Shown: one piece after another, positions 30,284-40,394 of the stretch
Numbering within the stretch: the stretch's first letter is position 1
Layout: each line of letters starts with the position of its first letter
DNA from: Promethearchaeota archaeon
GTDB lineage: Archaea > Asgardarchaeota > Lokiarchaeia > Sigyniarchaeales > SOKP01
Length of the DNA: 41,299 nt
Direction of reading: 5' to 3'
Assembly (NCBI GenBank): GCA_030603385.1
Contig: JAUVXW010000038.1
Location: 1-41,299, forward strand
Notes under the pieces: generated by a model
Seen by the model: only the letters and a program-made list of their open reading frames with translations
What the model was told of the DNA's origin: nothing
The model's database searches: none
Position numbers and translations under genes: made by a program

Positions 30284-32071
30284 ATGTCTAACCTGATAGA
30301 ATTAGTATTTCTGTTTTTAGTTCTTATTTTAACGGGGTTAAGCATCATTTATTTCATAGCTCAGAAAAGAGAGAATTCACCCATCATTCTAAAATATACT
30401 ATAGTACTTCTTTTAGGGATCTCGGTTATCATTTTCATTATAAATTCATTACCCATTATAACGTCTGTTTCAGAGCCTGAAATTTCTTCTGAAAACGTAA
30501 TAATTACCAATATTCCGCTTTTTTTACTCTGCTTTTCTACTGCGTTATTTATTTATTCACTAAATATTTCCGATGATGATGTTATAGAATTGGACAAACC
30601 TTCAATCTTTAAATCAAGAAAAGGTACAATTAAAATTGGCAGAGTAATGAAAGGAGATCATAAGAAACATAAATTCTTTCTTTCACTTAAAGATCTGGAA
30701 AAGCATATGTTTATTTGCGGGGCAACAGGTACGGGAAAAACAACATTTTTACAATATCTTCTCATGAATTTTACTAAGCATCATAAAATTCCTTTTATGC
30801 TTGTTGAGTTTAAAGGAGAGTATCATTTTTTACAACGAAAAATTGAGAATTTATTAATAATAAGACCAGGAGATAATTTTTCGATAAATATCTTTAATCC
30901 AGGGAATATATCTCCAGAAGTTCATGCTGAACGAGTTTTTGATATTTTAAAGAGTGGTAAGTTTTTAGATGAAAATGCTGAGTTCAGCCCACAAATGGAA
31001 AAAGTTCTCGTTGAAATTCTAACGAAGGTATGTGGACACAAACAATTTCAGAGTTGGAAAGGGTTTTATGATTATTGTAAGGGGTATGCGAAGAATAAAA
31101 AAGATGAAATTCCAATGTTAAGTCAAACTCTTATCAGTATTACAAATAGGATTAGGCGGTTTTCCTTAGGGTCGTTAAAAGCATTATTTGATACAGATCA
31201 TAAAATTAAAATAGAAAATATTTTTGAGAGAAATATTTTAATTGATTTGAGCTCTATTATTCGTTTAGGTGGAGAGAAAGAAGATGCTCTTTTCTTTTTG
31301 AATATGCTATTAAAGTATTTATGGGATAAAAATCTCACGCGTGGAGCTTTTAATTTTAAGGGCATAAAACATGTGACTATCATCGAAGACACTCAATATT
31401 TTGCTCCAAAAGACCTTACTCGCAAAAATAAATTAACTACATATTTAGAAGATATTGCTTTGCTTCAAAGAGGTACTGGAGAATGTCTAATCTCCTTAGC
31501 AACTCATCCTGAAATAAGTCAAGAAATATTGGCAAATTGCGGCGTTTTGGTATGTTTTAAAACTCATATGGAAAAGGAATTTCTATGTAAATTATTAAAT
31601 CTTGATACAGAACATGAAGATTACCTATCAATTTTAGAGGAAGGGCAATGTTTAATTCGAGTTAATTCCATCAAGAGACCCTTTTTACTTGGCGTTCCAT
31701 TTGTTAAAAGAGATTGGTTAGAGATGTCAGAAATTAACAGAAATAATCAAGTTATTTTGGAAAATCTTGAAAATAAAAGTTTTGAGAGTGTAAAAACACC
31801 ATCCTTTAAATTTATCAAGAAATTTAAGGAAAAAAGTGCTAAAAGTATGAATAGAATAAATAATAAAATTAAAGGATTTAAGAATAAACTCAAAAAAAAG
31901 TTTAATGATAAAGAAATTGATCCATTAAGTATCCCTGATTTTGATTCTGATAAAGATTATTTAGAAAATGATATTGATACTTTTGATGAAGATGAAAAAG
32001 AGAGATTAGCATATGAGAGATTGAAAAAATACATAAATGAACTAGCCGCAGAACAGGAAAAAAGCGGTTAA
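30284..32071 (+). CDS. Membrane-anchored HerA/VirB4-like (DUF87) ATPase
   Basis: Three N-terminal TM helices; KHMFICGATGTGKT; atypical Walker B TIIEDTQ; QRGTG. Confidence 0.85.
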   Translation: MSNLIELVFLFLVLILTGLSIIYFIAQKRENSPIILKYTIVLLLGISVIIFIINSLPIITSVSEPEISSENVIITNIPLFLLCFSTALFIYSLNISDDDVIELDKPSIFKSRKGTIKIGRVMKGDHKKHKFFLSLKDLEKHMFICGATGTGKTTFLQYLLMNFTKHHKIPFMLVEFKGEYHFLQRKIENLLIIRPGDNFSINIFNPGNISPEVHAERVFDILKSGKFLDENAEFSPQMEKVLVEILTKVCGHKQFQSWKGFYDYCKGYAKNKKDEIPMLSQTLISITNRIRRFSLGSLKALFDTDHKIKIENIFERNILIDLSSIIRLGGEKEDALFFLNMLLKYLWDKNLTRGAFNFKGIKHVTIIEDTQYFAPKDLTRKNKLTTYLEDIALLQRGTGECLISLATHPEISQEILANCGVLVCFKTHMEKEFLCKLLNLDTEHEDYLSILEEGQCLIRVNSIKRPFLLGVPFVKRDWLEMSEINRNNQVILENLENKSFESVKTPSFKFIKKFKEKSAKSMNRINNKIKGFKNKLKKKFNDKEIDPLSIPDFDSDKDYLENDIDTFDEDEKERLAYERLKKYINELAAEQEKSG

Positions 32072-32097
32072 TTAATGTTTTAATCTGTATAGCTTCA

Positions 32098-32682
32098 TTA
32101 AATCATTAAACTTAGGGAAGTTCTAAATCCAACAAGGATCCAGAAGAAGAAGCCAACACCTATAAATGTCATGAACTTCAATTTAGAACGTAGTATGAAT
32201 TTATTAAAGAACATCAGATAAATTCCTATGATTATTAAGAGAAGCGAAATTAATGAGAGAGAATTTATAAAAAAAAATAAGGCCCTGAGCCCTATATTTA
32301 AGCTGTGAACATCATTTAATGAGATAGAATTGAAATCCTCCATGTAACCTAACAATATTGCTGGTTCTGGTAAAATTTCGAACAATTGAAACAATGATTT
32401 CAGGAGATCTTCAGATAAGAAGGCAAACGCGAGAATAAAGTAAATTGCCATTCCTATCCTTCCACGTTTTTTCACCAATTCTTCTTTTCCATGAACCCTC
32501 TCATCATATTCTCTTTCTCTTGCATTTATCAATAAAAGGACACTCAGAATTAGAAAGAGAGAAAAGAACAAATAATTAGCATGCTTGAAGAGGACATAAA
32601 AAAAGTTGTTAAATCCATTTAGAAAAGGGATTAGTGGTTCAAAAATTTCACTGAAATCAAATTCTGAAAGATAATCTAACAT
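32098..32682 (-). CDS. Integral membrane protein (~4 TM)
   Basis: Four hydrophobic stretches in 194 aa. Confidence 0.75.
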   Translation of the reverse strand: MLDYLSEFDFSEIFEPLIPFLNGFNNFFYVLFKHANYLFFSLFLILSVLLLINAREREYDERVHGKEELVKKRGRIGMAIYFILAFAFLSEDLLKSLFQLFEILPEPAILLGYMEDFNSISLNDVHSLNIGLRALFFFINSLSLISLLLIIIGIYLMFFNKFILRSKLKFMTFIGVGFFFWILVGFRTSLSLMI

Positions 32683-32933
32683 AACAACTTCAATTAATCA
32701 AAATCTATAGTTCTGCAAATTTTATTTAGGACACTAGAAAGTTCAATAATAGGTATTTAAAGTCAAATTTTTGAGATGTTGAGAGAAGTTCTATTTAGTT
32801 GATATATTCTTTTCTCTCGACTTAAACAAATGAAGGTGAAATAAGTTATCTAAAATTTTAAATATTAGAATGTAATCTTTTAGTTTAATCGTTAAAATTT
32901 TGTAAAATGTTATTTAACCGAGGGTGAAAAATT

Positions 32934-35840
32934 TTGAAGAATAATACAAAATATTTGATTTTAATGCTGATCGCAATTACACTAACTTTTCTTAATATTA
33001 AGATATTACCACATCAATCCATTGAAGGAAAAGATTCCCTTGAGGTTATTACTCCACAACCTCCCAGAGTATCTCCTGTTTATTACGAAGATACGGCCGG
33101 ATTAGCACGTGGCATTTACTTGAGCGGAGATTACGCCTACGTGGCTGTTGGGAGCTGGGGCTTAGCGGTCATTGACATTTCCGATCCGACAAATCCGGGA
33201 TACCCCCGCTACAGCGTCACAACCGGATGGTCACGGGACATCTACGTGAGCGGAGATTATGCCTATATGGCTGATAATACTTCGGGCTTGGCGGTCATTG
33301 ACATCTCCGACCCAATAATCCCGGGAACACCCGTCTATGAACCCACGACCTCATTGGCATGCGGTGTTTACGTGAGCGGAAATTATGCCTATGTAGCGGA
33401 TGATGAAGAAGGCTTGGCGGTCATTGATATATCCAACCCGACAAACCCGGGAACGCCCGACTACAGAAACACGACCGGATCTGCATATGGCATTTACGTG
33501 AGCGGAGATTATGCCTACGTGGCTGATGGGGGCTCTGGCTTGGCGGTCATTGATATTTCCAACCCGACCAACCCTGGAACGCCTGTCTACGAAGACACGA
33601 CCGGATCTGCGTATGATGTTTACGTTAGCGGAGATTACGCCTACGTGGCTGATGGGAGCTCGGGCTTGGCAGTCATTGACATTTCCGATCCGACAAATCC
33701 GGGACCGCCCGTCTACGAAGACACGACCGGATCTGCAAATGACGTTTACGTGAGCGGAGATTACGCCTACGTGGCTGATGGGAGCTCTGGCTTGGCGGTC
33801 ATTAACATTTCCGACCCGACTAACCCGGGAATGTTCTTCTACGAAGACACGACTGATAATGCCCTTGGCGTTCACGTGAGCGGAAGTTATGCCTACGTGG
33901 CTGATGAGAGCTCTGGCTTGGCGGTCATCAAAGTTTCCGACCCGATCAGCCTGGGAACGCCCATCTACGAAGACACGACCGGATTTGCATATGACGTTTA
34001 CGTGAGCGGAGATTACGCCTACGTGGCTGTTGGGTACTCTGGCTTGGCGGTCATTGACATTTCCGACCCGACCAACCCGGGACCAACCTTCTACGAAGAT
34101 ACGACCGGAACTGCGTATGATGTTTACGTTAGCGGAGATTACGCCTACGTGGCTGATGGGTACGATGGCTTGGCGGTCATTGACATTTCCGACCCAACAA
34201 ATCCAGGAACACCCAATTATTACCTTACAACTGATGCTCGTGGCGTGTACGTGAGTGGAGATTATGCCTATGTAGCGGATGCTTCGATCAATGGCTTGTG
34301 GGTCATTGATATTTCCGACCCGACCAACCCAAGACTCGCCGATATCCAAATGGGTAATATATTAGACGTTTACGTGAGCGGAGATTACGCCTACGCGGCT
34401 GGTTTTTCCAGTGGCTTGTTTGTATTTGATATTTCCGACCCTTTCGGCTCGGGAGTGCCGATCTCCAGCGAGGACACGACTGGTTATGCACGTGGCATTT
34501 ACGTGAGCGGAGATTATGCCTATGTAGCGGATGATGAAGAAGGCTTGGCGGTCATTGATATATCCAACCCGACAAACCCGGGAACGCCCGACTACAGAAA
34601 CACGACCGGATCTGCATATGGCATTTACGTGAGCGGAGATTACGCCTATGTAGCAGATGAGGCCTCGGGCTTGGCAGTCATCGACATTTCCGATCCGACC
34701 AACCCAGGAACGCGCATCTACAAAGACACGACCGGATCTGCACGTGGCATTCACGTGGACCAGGATTACGCCTATGTAGCCGATGGAATTTCGGGCTTGG
34801 CGGTCATTCAAGTAAGACAACTAATTGATGAGTGGAATCCTGTAATTACCGATTTACCTAGCGATCTTTCCGTCGAATACAGCTACACTGGGCAGAGTCT
34901 ATCATGGACTGCGATTGATGCTAACCCAGATATATATACCATCGAATTGGAAGGAACAGGAATAGTAGATGGTCCGAATGTATGGACGTACGGAAATACA
35001 ATTACCTACAACATCCCCGAGGGATTTAGCCTAGGATCCTACATTTACACGGTTAACTTCACAGATCTTCGGGGCCATTTCGTTACCGACAGCGTCAATT
35101 TTGAAGTAGGTGCAGACACGATCGATCCAACAATAATTAGCGCTCCAAGCGATTTCATTTTGGAATTCGGATACACGGGGCAGAGCCTGTCGTGGACGGC
35201 AACTGATCCCAATCCTGACACTTACACGATTGAACTCCAAGGGTCAGGAATAATAGATGGTCCGAATGTATGGACGAGCGGAAACGCAATTACCTACAAC
35301 ATCCCTAATGGATTTAGCCTAGGATCGTACATTTACACGGTTAACTTCACGGACGACTTTGGTAATTCTAAAATTGACAGCGTTACATTTACAGTAGATG
35401 ACACTATTGCTCCTATAATTATGATTAATTCTCCAAATACCAATGATGAATTTGGCACTCTTGCTCCAGCATATGAAATTTCCATCAATGATCCACATTT
35501 AGATAAAATTTGGTATACGCTAGATGGAGGTCTTACTAATATTACAACTGCAAGTGTATCAGGACCAATAAATGAAGCTATTTGGGAAGGGATTTCAGAA
35601 GGTCCTGTAACTATAAGATTTTATGCTAACGATACATTAGGAAACATCGATTATAACGAAGTTACTGTAATAAAATCTGTACCAGCTAAAGACTCAGACA
35701 ATTTTTGGAAAGATTTGATGCAACAAGGACTATTAATCCCTATAGTTGGAGCTGGTGTAGGAGGTATAATTGGGATAGCTTTTTTCATTATTAAGAGGAA
35801 GTTAAAGAAAAAGGGAGAGAAAGTTGGTGTTGCTGCATAA
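32934..35840 (+). CDS. Cell-surface LVIVD-repeat protein (14 repeats, two Ig-like modules, C-terminal TM)
   Basis: 14 x ~42-aa VYVSGDYAYVAD..GLAVIDISDP repeats; signal peptide; TM plus basic tail. Confidence 0.92.
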   Translation: MKNNTKYLILMLIAITLTFLNIKILPHQSIEGKDSLEVITPQPPRVSPVYYEDTAGLARGIYLSGDYAYVAVGSWGLAVIDISDPTNPGYPRYSVTTGWSRDIYVSGDYAYMADNTSGLAVIDISDPIIPGTPVYEPTTSLACGVYVSGNYAYVADDEEGLAVIDISNPTNPGTPDYRNTTGSAYGIYVSGDYAYVADGGSGLAVIDISNPTNPGTPVYEDTTGSAYDVYVSGDYAYVADGSSGLAVIDISDPTNPGPPVYEDTTGSANDVYVSGDYAYVADGSSGLAVINISDPTNPGMFFYEDTTDNALGVHVSGSYAYVADESSGLAVIKVSDPISLGTPIYEDTTGFAYDVYVSGDYAYVAVGYSGLAVIDISDPTNPGPTFYEDTTGTAYDVYVSGDYAYVADGYDGLAVIDISDPTNPGTPNYYLTTDARGVYVSGDYAYVADASINGLWVIDISDPTNPRLADIQMGNILDVYVSGDYAYAAGFSSGLFVFDISDPFGSGVPISSEDTTGYARGIYVSGDYAYVADDEEGLAVIDISNPTNPGTPDYRNTTGSAYGIYVSGDYAYVADEASGLAVIDISDPTNPGTRIYKDTTGSARGIHVDQDYAYVADGISGLAVIQVRQLIDEWNPVITDLPSDLSVEYSYTGQSLSWTAIDANPDIYTIELEGTGIVDGPNVWTYGNTITYNIPEGFSLGSYIYTVNFTDLRGHFVTDSVNFEVGADTIDPTIISAPSDFILEFGYTGQSLSWTATDPNPDTYTIELQGSGIIDGPNVWTSGNAITYNIPNGFSLGSYIYTVNFTDDFGNSKIDSVTFTVDDTIAPIIMINSPNTNDEFGTLAPAYEISINDPHLDKIWYTLDGGLTNITTASVSGPINEAIWEGISEGPVTIRFYANDTLGNIDYNEVTVIKSVPAKDSDNFWKDLMQQGLLIPIVGAGVGGIIGIAFFIIKRKLKKKGEKVGVAA

Positions 35841-35857
35841 CTTAAAGTTATAAAATC

Positions 35858-35901
35858 CTTTTTTTTATATCTCTTTTATTTTTTATTTATGATTTTTTTT
35901 T
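35858..35901 (+). terminator. Oligo-T tract terminator candidate after the LVIVD gene
   Basis: Several T6-T9 runs just after the stop codon. Confidence 0.45.
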
Positions 35902-35915
35902 ATAATGCTATTATT

Positions 35916-35963
35916 CTGAAAGGTAAATTCAGAGTCTGATTTCAATGAAAATTCCTTTGAAAA
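35916..35963 (+). repeat. Intergenic palindromic repeat, copy 1 of 5
   Basis: CTGAAAGGTAAATTCAGAGTCTGATTTCAATGAAAATTCCTTTGAAAA. Confidence 0.97.
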
Positions 35964-36198
35964 AACCGAACTATTTTATCATTAATCTTCTATGTTGTAA
36001 AATTTCTGACAATATTGTAAAGATATATATATAGTAACTTCTTAATCATCAATTGCCAAATTTTTGGTTTTAATTAATTTGAATCAAATATTTTAAAGCA
36101 TTTTTTTTTATGTGAAGGTTAACGCCTTGTTTAAAGGAGCAATCTTTTCAAGGCTAAAAGAAAAATCGAGGTTAACCAAAAAAATATTTGAGGTGAAA

Positions 36199-36870
36199 AT
36201 GGTAATGAAAAAGAAAATAAAAGTGACTAAAGCACTAATAGCAGTATCATTTTTAATAGGTATCATCGCACTTGTTACACCAGTGATTGCTTATGGCGCT
36301 AATGGCATTTTAATCATTGGAAAAGGGGATGACATGGATCTTGCTGAAACTACTAATTTTATCATTGCAAAGATTGATTTCGATAAAGATGGTGGTATTC
36401 CTAGGGCACATGTAATATTCCATTCAAAAATCTGTGATGAATCAGGGGAAAAAGTGTATGCAATGAAAGGAATGCTCAAAGATGGATTACTTCTAACAAC
36501 CGATCATTATTTTTATTGCCCAATCTTTAATGTCTGGTTTATTAATGTTTGGTGGGTCATGGGTGAGGGAATGGTTAAGACTACTGATACCGATTTTGAG
36601 GTATTTTTTCGAAACTCACTTCCAATAACTATGCCAAATACAGAAGGTAAATACGTATCAGCACCAATTTTAATGTTTCTGAGCCTTACAGCAGAATATT
36701 GTTTAGAAGATCCTGGCACATATCCCCCAGGAACATATCCTCCAGTTTTTATCATGCCAGAAGGAGGATGGATTCTTGCTGCGGTTATATGGGAAGTTGA
36801 AACACCGATCGGTCCAATGGAATTGCCGGTCGGTCCGATATCCTATTTGACAAAATATGTGGAATATTAG
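36199..36870 (+). CDS. Secreted hypothetical protein
   Basis: ATG at 36199 follows GAGGTGA; signal-peptide-like N-terminus. Confidence 0.75.
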   Translation: MVMKKKIKVTKALIAVSFLIGIIALVTPVIAYGANGILIIGKGDDMDLAETTNFIIAKIDFDKDGGIPRAHVIFHSKICDESGEKVYAMKGMLKDGLLLTTDHYFYCPIFNVWFINVWWVMGEGMVKTTDTDFEVFFRNSLPITMPNTEGKYVSAPILMFLSLTAEYCLEDPGTYPPGTYPPVFIMPEGGWILAAVIWEVETPIGPMELPVGPISYLTKYVEY

Positions 36871-36987
36871 GTCTCATCACGCTGCGTCAATCATATCAGA
36901 TAAAAAATATATTCTAAAATCTTTTTTTTTTCTTTTTTTTTAAAGAGATTTTTAAATTTTGTCCTAATTTTCTGTAAAACTGAAATG

Positions 36988-37028
36988 GAAAAGTAAATTC
37001 AGCGTCTGATTTCAATGAAAATTCCTTT
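36988..37028 (+). repeat. Intergenic palindromic repeat, copy 2 of 5
   Basis: GAAAAGTAAATTCAGCGTCTGATTTCAATGAAAATTCCTTT. Confidence 0.95.
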
Positions 37029-37086
37029 ACTACAATGGTTAAAATTGAAGATTTTTATCTACGATCAAATATTTTAGGTTATAATT

Positions 37087-37362
37087 ATGTCAACATTTAA
37101 GGTTTCTATCGAAATTTCCGATATTCTTGAAGAAGGGAAATGTCCTTTAGGTCATGTAGTTGGGGAAAATTTCCATTATCCTGAAGATCGTGGGAAAATT
37201 TGTGCTGCCGCATTTAACTCTATTTATCCTTATATTCGTGTATTAGAATCAGGTGGGTCCTATTCCTTTTTTGAAGATGATGGTAACACTCATAAAGCGT
37301 GCTGTCCTGATTATAAGCGCCCTGTCGTATTTAAAATGACTCGAAATGCAATATCGCAGTAG
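37087..37362 (+). CDS. TIGR04076-like Cys-rich small protein
   Basis: G.CP.GH.VG...ICAAAF..IYP...CCPD..RPVVF. Confidence 0.8.
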   Translation: MSTFKVSIEISDILEEGKCPLGHVVGENFHYPEDRGKICAAAFNSIYPYIRVLESGGSYSFFEDDGNTHKACCPDYKRPVVFKMTRNAISQ

Positions 37363-37492
37363 TAGACTACCCTTTCTAATAGAAAAGTATCGATAGAAGT
37401 ATTTAGAGCCCTAGGGAAAATTATTATATGGGATTATATTCCAGACTAAATTGGACTAATATCAGCTGGTTATATACTATAAGATGAAGGTC

Positions 37493-37540
37493 CTGAAAGG
37501 TAAATTCAGAGTCTGATTTCAATGAAAATTCCTTTGAAAA
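37493..37540 (+). repeat. Intergenic palindromic repeat, copy 3 of 5
   Basis: Identical to copy 1 over 48 bp. Confidence 0.97.
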
Positions 37541-37633
37541 GACAAAAAAATCTTAAATCGAAATTATAGTACACAAGGCTTTTAAAGAAACTTTTCTTCC
37601 TTTATTTTAAATTTATAATTAGGTTAGACAAAT

Positions 37634-39211
37634 ATGATTAAAGAAAGTTTTGCAGAAAAAGTTGATGAATTATTTAAGCAATGGGATAAACCAGACACCC
37701 CCGGATGTGCTGTAGCCATCATAAAGGATGGTAAGATTGTTTATAAAAAGGGTTATGGTATGGCCGATCTGGAGCATAACATTTCCATTACCTCTAAAAC
37801 TATATTTAGCGTCGGTTCAATTTCAAAACAATTTACAGCAATGTGTATACTCCTTCTCGTTGAGCAAAAGAAAATCTCCCTTGGTGATGATATTAGAAAA
37901 TATTTACCGAAATTTCCAGATTATGGTCAAAAGATTGCGATTCGTCATTTGATTCATCATACAAGTGGTATTCGGGATTATGCTAGTTTATTGAGCCTAA
38001 AAGGTATGAACACTCTGGAAATGACAAACCTTCCCATGCATGAAACCTTAAGTATCATCTTTAAACAGAGAGAGCTTAATTTTACTCCAGGAGATGATAT
38101 ACTCTATTGTAATTCAGGTTACCTGATGTTAGCAGCCATAATTAAAAATGTAACTGGAAAAACTTTAAGAGAATTTGCAGAAGAAAACATATTTAAGCCC
38201 CTTGGTATGAAAAATACTAATTTTATTGACGACAATAAATATATTATTAAAGATCGGGCTTTTGGTTATATACCCAATGGAAAAAAAGGATACTTTAATG
38301 CGATTATTAGCCATAGGAATTGGATAGGACCTGGAGGGGTTTATTCTAATGTAGAGGATCTTTTTTTATGGGATCAAAATTATTATAATAACAAATTAGG
38401 AAAAGGGGGGCAAGATTTAATCAAAACCATGCAGACTCCCGGTAAATTAAACAATGGAGAACAAGTAAATTATGCTTTCGGACTTGCTATTGATAAATAT
38501 AAAGAACAAAAAATAATTTTACATAGCGGAGGAACAGGAGGGTATAATGCACAATACATTTCCTTTCCTAAATATAAATTTTCTGTAATAATATTAGCTA
38601 ATATTCGAAGTGTAATGCCTGAACCATTAGCAAATAAAATTGCTGAGATATTTTTAGAAAGATTCTTTGAACTTGAACACACTAAATTTTCAGTTAATCC
38701 TAAGATTTTTCAATATTATGTAGGAAAATATCAATCAGACTCTTTAGGCATAGTATCAATTTCGCGTAAAAATAATGACCTTATGATCCAAGCAAGTCTA
38801 CGGTTTCCTGCATTGAAGCTCATTGCTGGATCTGAAACCTCTTTTATTTTAGAATATCCTAATCTACGGATAACATTTCAGAAGGATGAAGAAAACATTT
38901 ACTCAGAATTTATCTTATATGAGCAAGGAAAAGAATCTAAAATTAAACGAATAGAATCATCCAAACTAGTGCTAGAAGAGTTAAAAGGATATGTCGGAGG
39001 ATATTATAGTGAAGAAATCGACCATACTTATACCCTTATCATAAAGAATGACAGTTTATATATCGCTAACTTTGAGATGGTGTTCGCTGAAAAAGACAAA
39101 TTCCTCACAAATTGGGCGATACTTAGGTTCAAAAGAAACAATAATGGGAATATCGAAGGCTTTAATCTAAATGCCTGGGGGGTAAGAAATTTATGGTTTA
39201 AAAGAAAATAG
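37634..39211 (+). CDS. Serine hydrolase, beta-lactamase class C / penicillin-binding protein family
   Basis: SISK (SxxK), YCN (YxN), HSG triad, LIHHTSG. Confidence 0.92.
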   Translation: MIKESFAEKVDELFKQWDKPDTPGCAVAIIKDGKIVYKKGYGMADLEHNISITSKTIFSVGSISKQFTAMCILLLVEQKKISLGDDIRKYLPKFPDYGQKIAIRHLIHHTSGIRDYASLLSLKGMNTLEMTNLPMHETLSIIFKQRELNFTPGDDILYCNSGYLMLAAIIKNVTGKTLREFAEENIFKPLGMKNTNFIDDNKYIIKDRAFGYIPNGKKGYFNAIISHRNWIGPGGVYSNVEDLFLWDQNYYNNKLGKGGQDLIKTMQTPGKLNNGEQVNYAFGLAIDKYKEQKIILHSGGTGGYNAQYISFPKYKFSVIILANIRSVMPEPLANKIAEIFLERFFELEHTKFSVNPKIFQYYVGKYQSDSLGIVSISRKNNDLMIQASLRFPALKLIAGSETSFILEYPNLRITFQKDEENIYSEFILYEQGKESKIKRIESSKLVLEELKGYVGGYYSEEIDHTYTLIIKNDSLYIANFEMVFAEKDKFLTNWAILRFKRNNNGNIEGFNLNAWGVRNLWFKRK

Positions 39212-39720
39212 TCTATAAATCCGTTGAGTCGTTTCTAGTGTGCTATGTCATTAAAGGACAATCCTATCCCGCCTTACAGAAGTTAACACACTTTACCGAA
39301 ACCATTCGAGAGAACTCGGAAATTTGGCAAACCTTCAATAAGTCAGTTAAAACAAGCGAGATGTTGGAACTCGACAAACCTCCCGCGCTCAAAACAGTTA
39401 TCGATGAGATTTTTACTCAATAAATTTAGCAGAGAATTCTCTCTTCAAAACCAACGAAATAATAATCATTTTAAAGAGACTATCTGTTGAAAAGGTAACT
39501 TACTCCTTGATCTGATCATAATAAATGTGTGATGAAAACTATCTATTCGTGAGGAAAGTTATCTTTTTCATTATGTGCGTTAATTTCTCACCCCCAAATT
39601 TCGAATAGTTATGTAAGATTTTACCAATCGAAACATTTAAATACTCTAATTTATCTAATATAATTAAGAGAAGAGGAAGAAGGAACATCAGATCTTCAAT
39701 CTGAAGAGATTCAGAGTCAG

Positions 39721-40128
39721 GTGTCAAGAGAGGGTACTGATATTTCAGACAAAAAAGAAGAACAATTAGAAACACAAGGTGGCACAATGGAAACCAGTTA
39801 TCTTCCTGGACAAAGACCAAAAGAAAAGCAAGATAAAAAGGATGAGATTCATCCCTATATACTTACATCAGGAGAAGAACAAAGGCAACCAGATAAGAGA
39901 AGTTCTGAAGATTATGATGGTATTGATGAAAGGCTTGATGATAAGAAATTTGATTATGATGGTATCGACTCACATTCTGAGGACGATAAAAGCGATATTA
40001 AGAGTTTAGAAGGAGGGGATGATGAGCAAAGTAATGATTATGATGGAATAGACAATCCTCAAGAAAAAGTAGATAAAGATTATGATAAGATAGATGATAG
40101 ATATGGTGAGGGGGGTTATGAAGGATGA
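39721..40128 (+). CDS. Acidic YDGID-repeat protein (probably a C-terminal remnant)
   Basis: DYDGID x3 plus DYDKID; overlaps the ATG of a HerA stub. Confidence 0.55.
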   Translation: MSREGTDISDKKEEQLETQGGTMETSYLPGQRPKEKQDKKDEIHPYILTSGEEQRQPDKRSSEDYDGIDERLDDKKFDYDGIDSHSEDDKSDIKSLEGGDDEQSNDYDGIDNPQEKVDKDYDKIDDRYGEGGYEG

Positions 40129-40235
40129 TATATCGTTTTGGCAATCTCGAATTAAGATAATCCGAACGCCAGCACATTTTATACCTCAATAATTGTACTT
40201 AACGAAATATAAATAATAATCAAAAAAATTCCTGA
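39954..40235 (+). repeat. Second copy of the 2112-2395 segment
   Basis: ~89% identity by manual alignment; ends at palindromic repeat copy 4. Confidence 0.95.
40118..40192 (+). pseudogene. HerA-like ATPase N-terminal stub
   Basis: MKDDISFWQSRIKIIRTPAHFIPQ*; truncated at the same codon as the 2277 stub. Confidence 0.8.
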
Positions 40236-40279
40236 ATGGTAAATTCAGCGTCTTATTTCAATGAAAATTCCTTTGAAAA
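40232..40279 (+). repeat. Intergenic palindromic repeat, copy 4 of 5
   Basis: CTGAATGGTAAATTCAGCGTCTTATTTCAATGAAAATTCCTTTGAAAA. Confidence 0.95.
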
Positions 40280-40394
40280 AATTAAGTCTTCACTATGAAA
40301 TCTAAAACCATTTTCCAGAGGAAAAATAAAAAAAAAAGGGATTTATCTTGATTTGTTTTTTTAGTTTTGAGTTACTTAAGAAATCTTACTCAGA

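Noticed and set aside
33070-34815. Diversity-generating retroelement template/variable repeat pair
   Set aside because: No reverse transcriptase; differences between repeats are not visibly adenine-specific; all copies are in-frame coding.
33351-35240. Long antisense and alternate-frame ORFs inside the LVIVD gene
   Set aside because: Shadow ORFs caused by GC-rich repetitive coding sequence.
37634-39211. Antibiotic-resistance claim for the beta-lactamase-like gene
   Set aside because: The motifs fit the broad serine hydrolase/peptidase family; the substrate cannot be inferred.
39238-39423. 61-aa ORF after the beta-lactamase-like gene
   Set aside because: Probably a C-terminal gene remnant; no family can be assigned from sequence alone.
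2112-40235. The two 284-bp copies as terminal repeats (attL/attR) of a single 38-kb element
   Set aside because: The copies are ~11% diverged gene debris and no integrase lies between them; not excluded, but unsupported.
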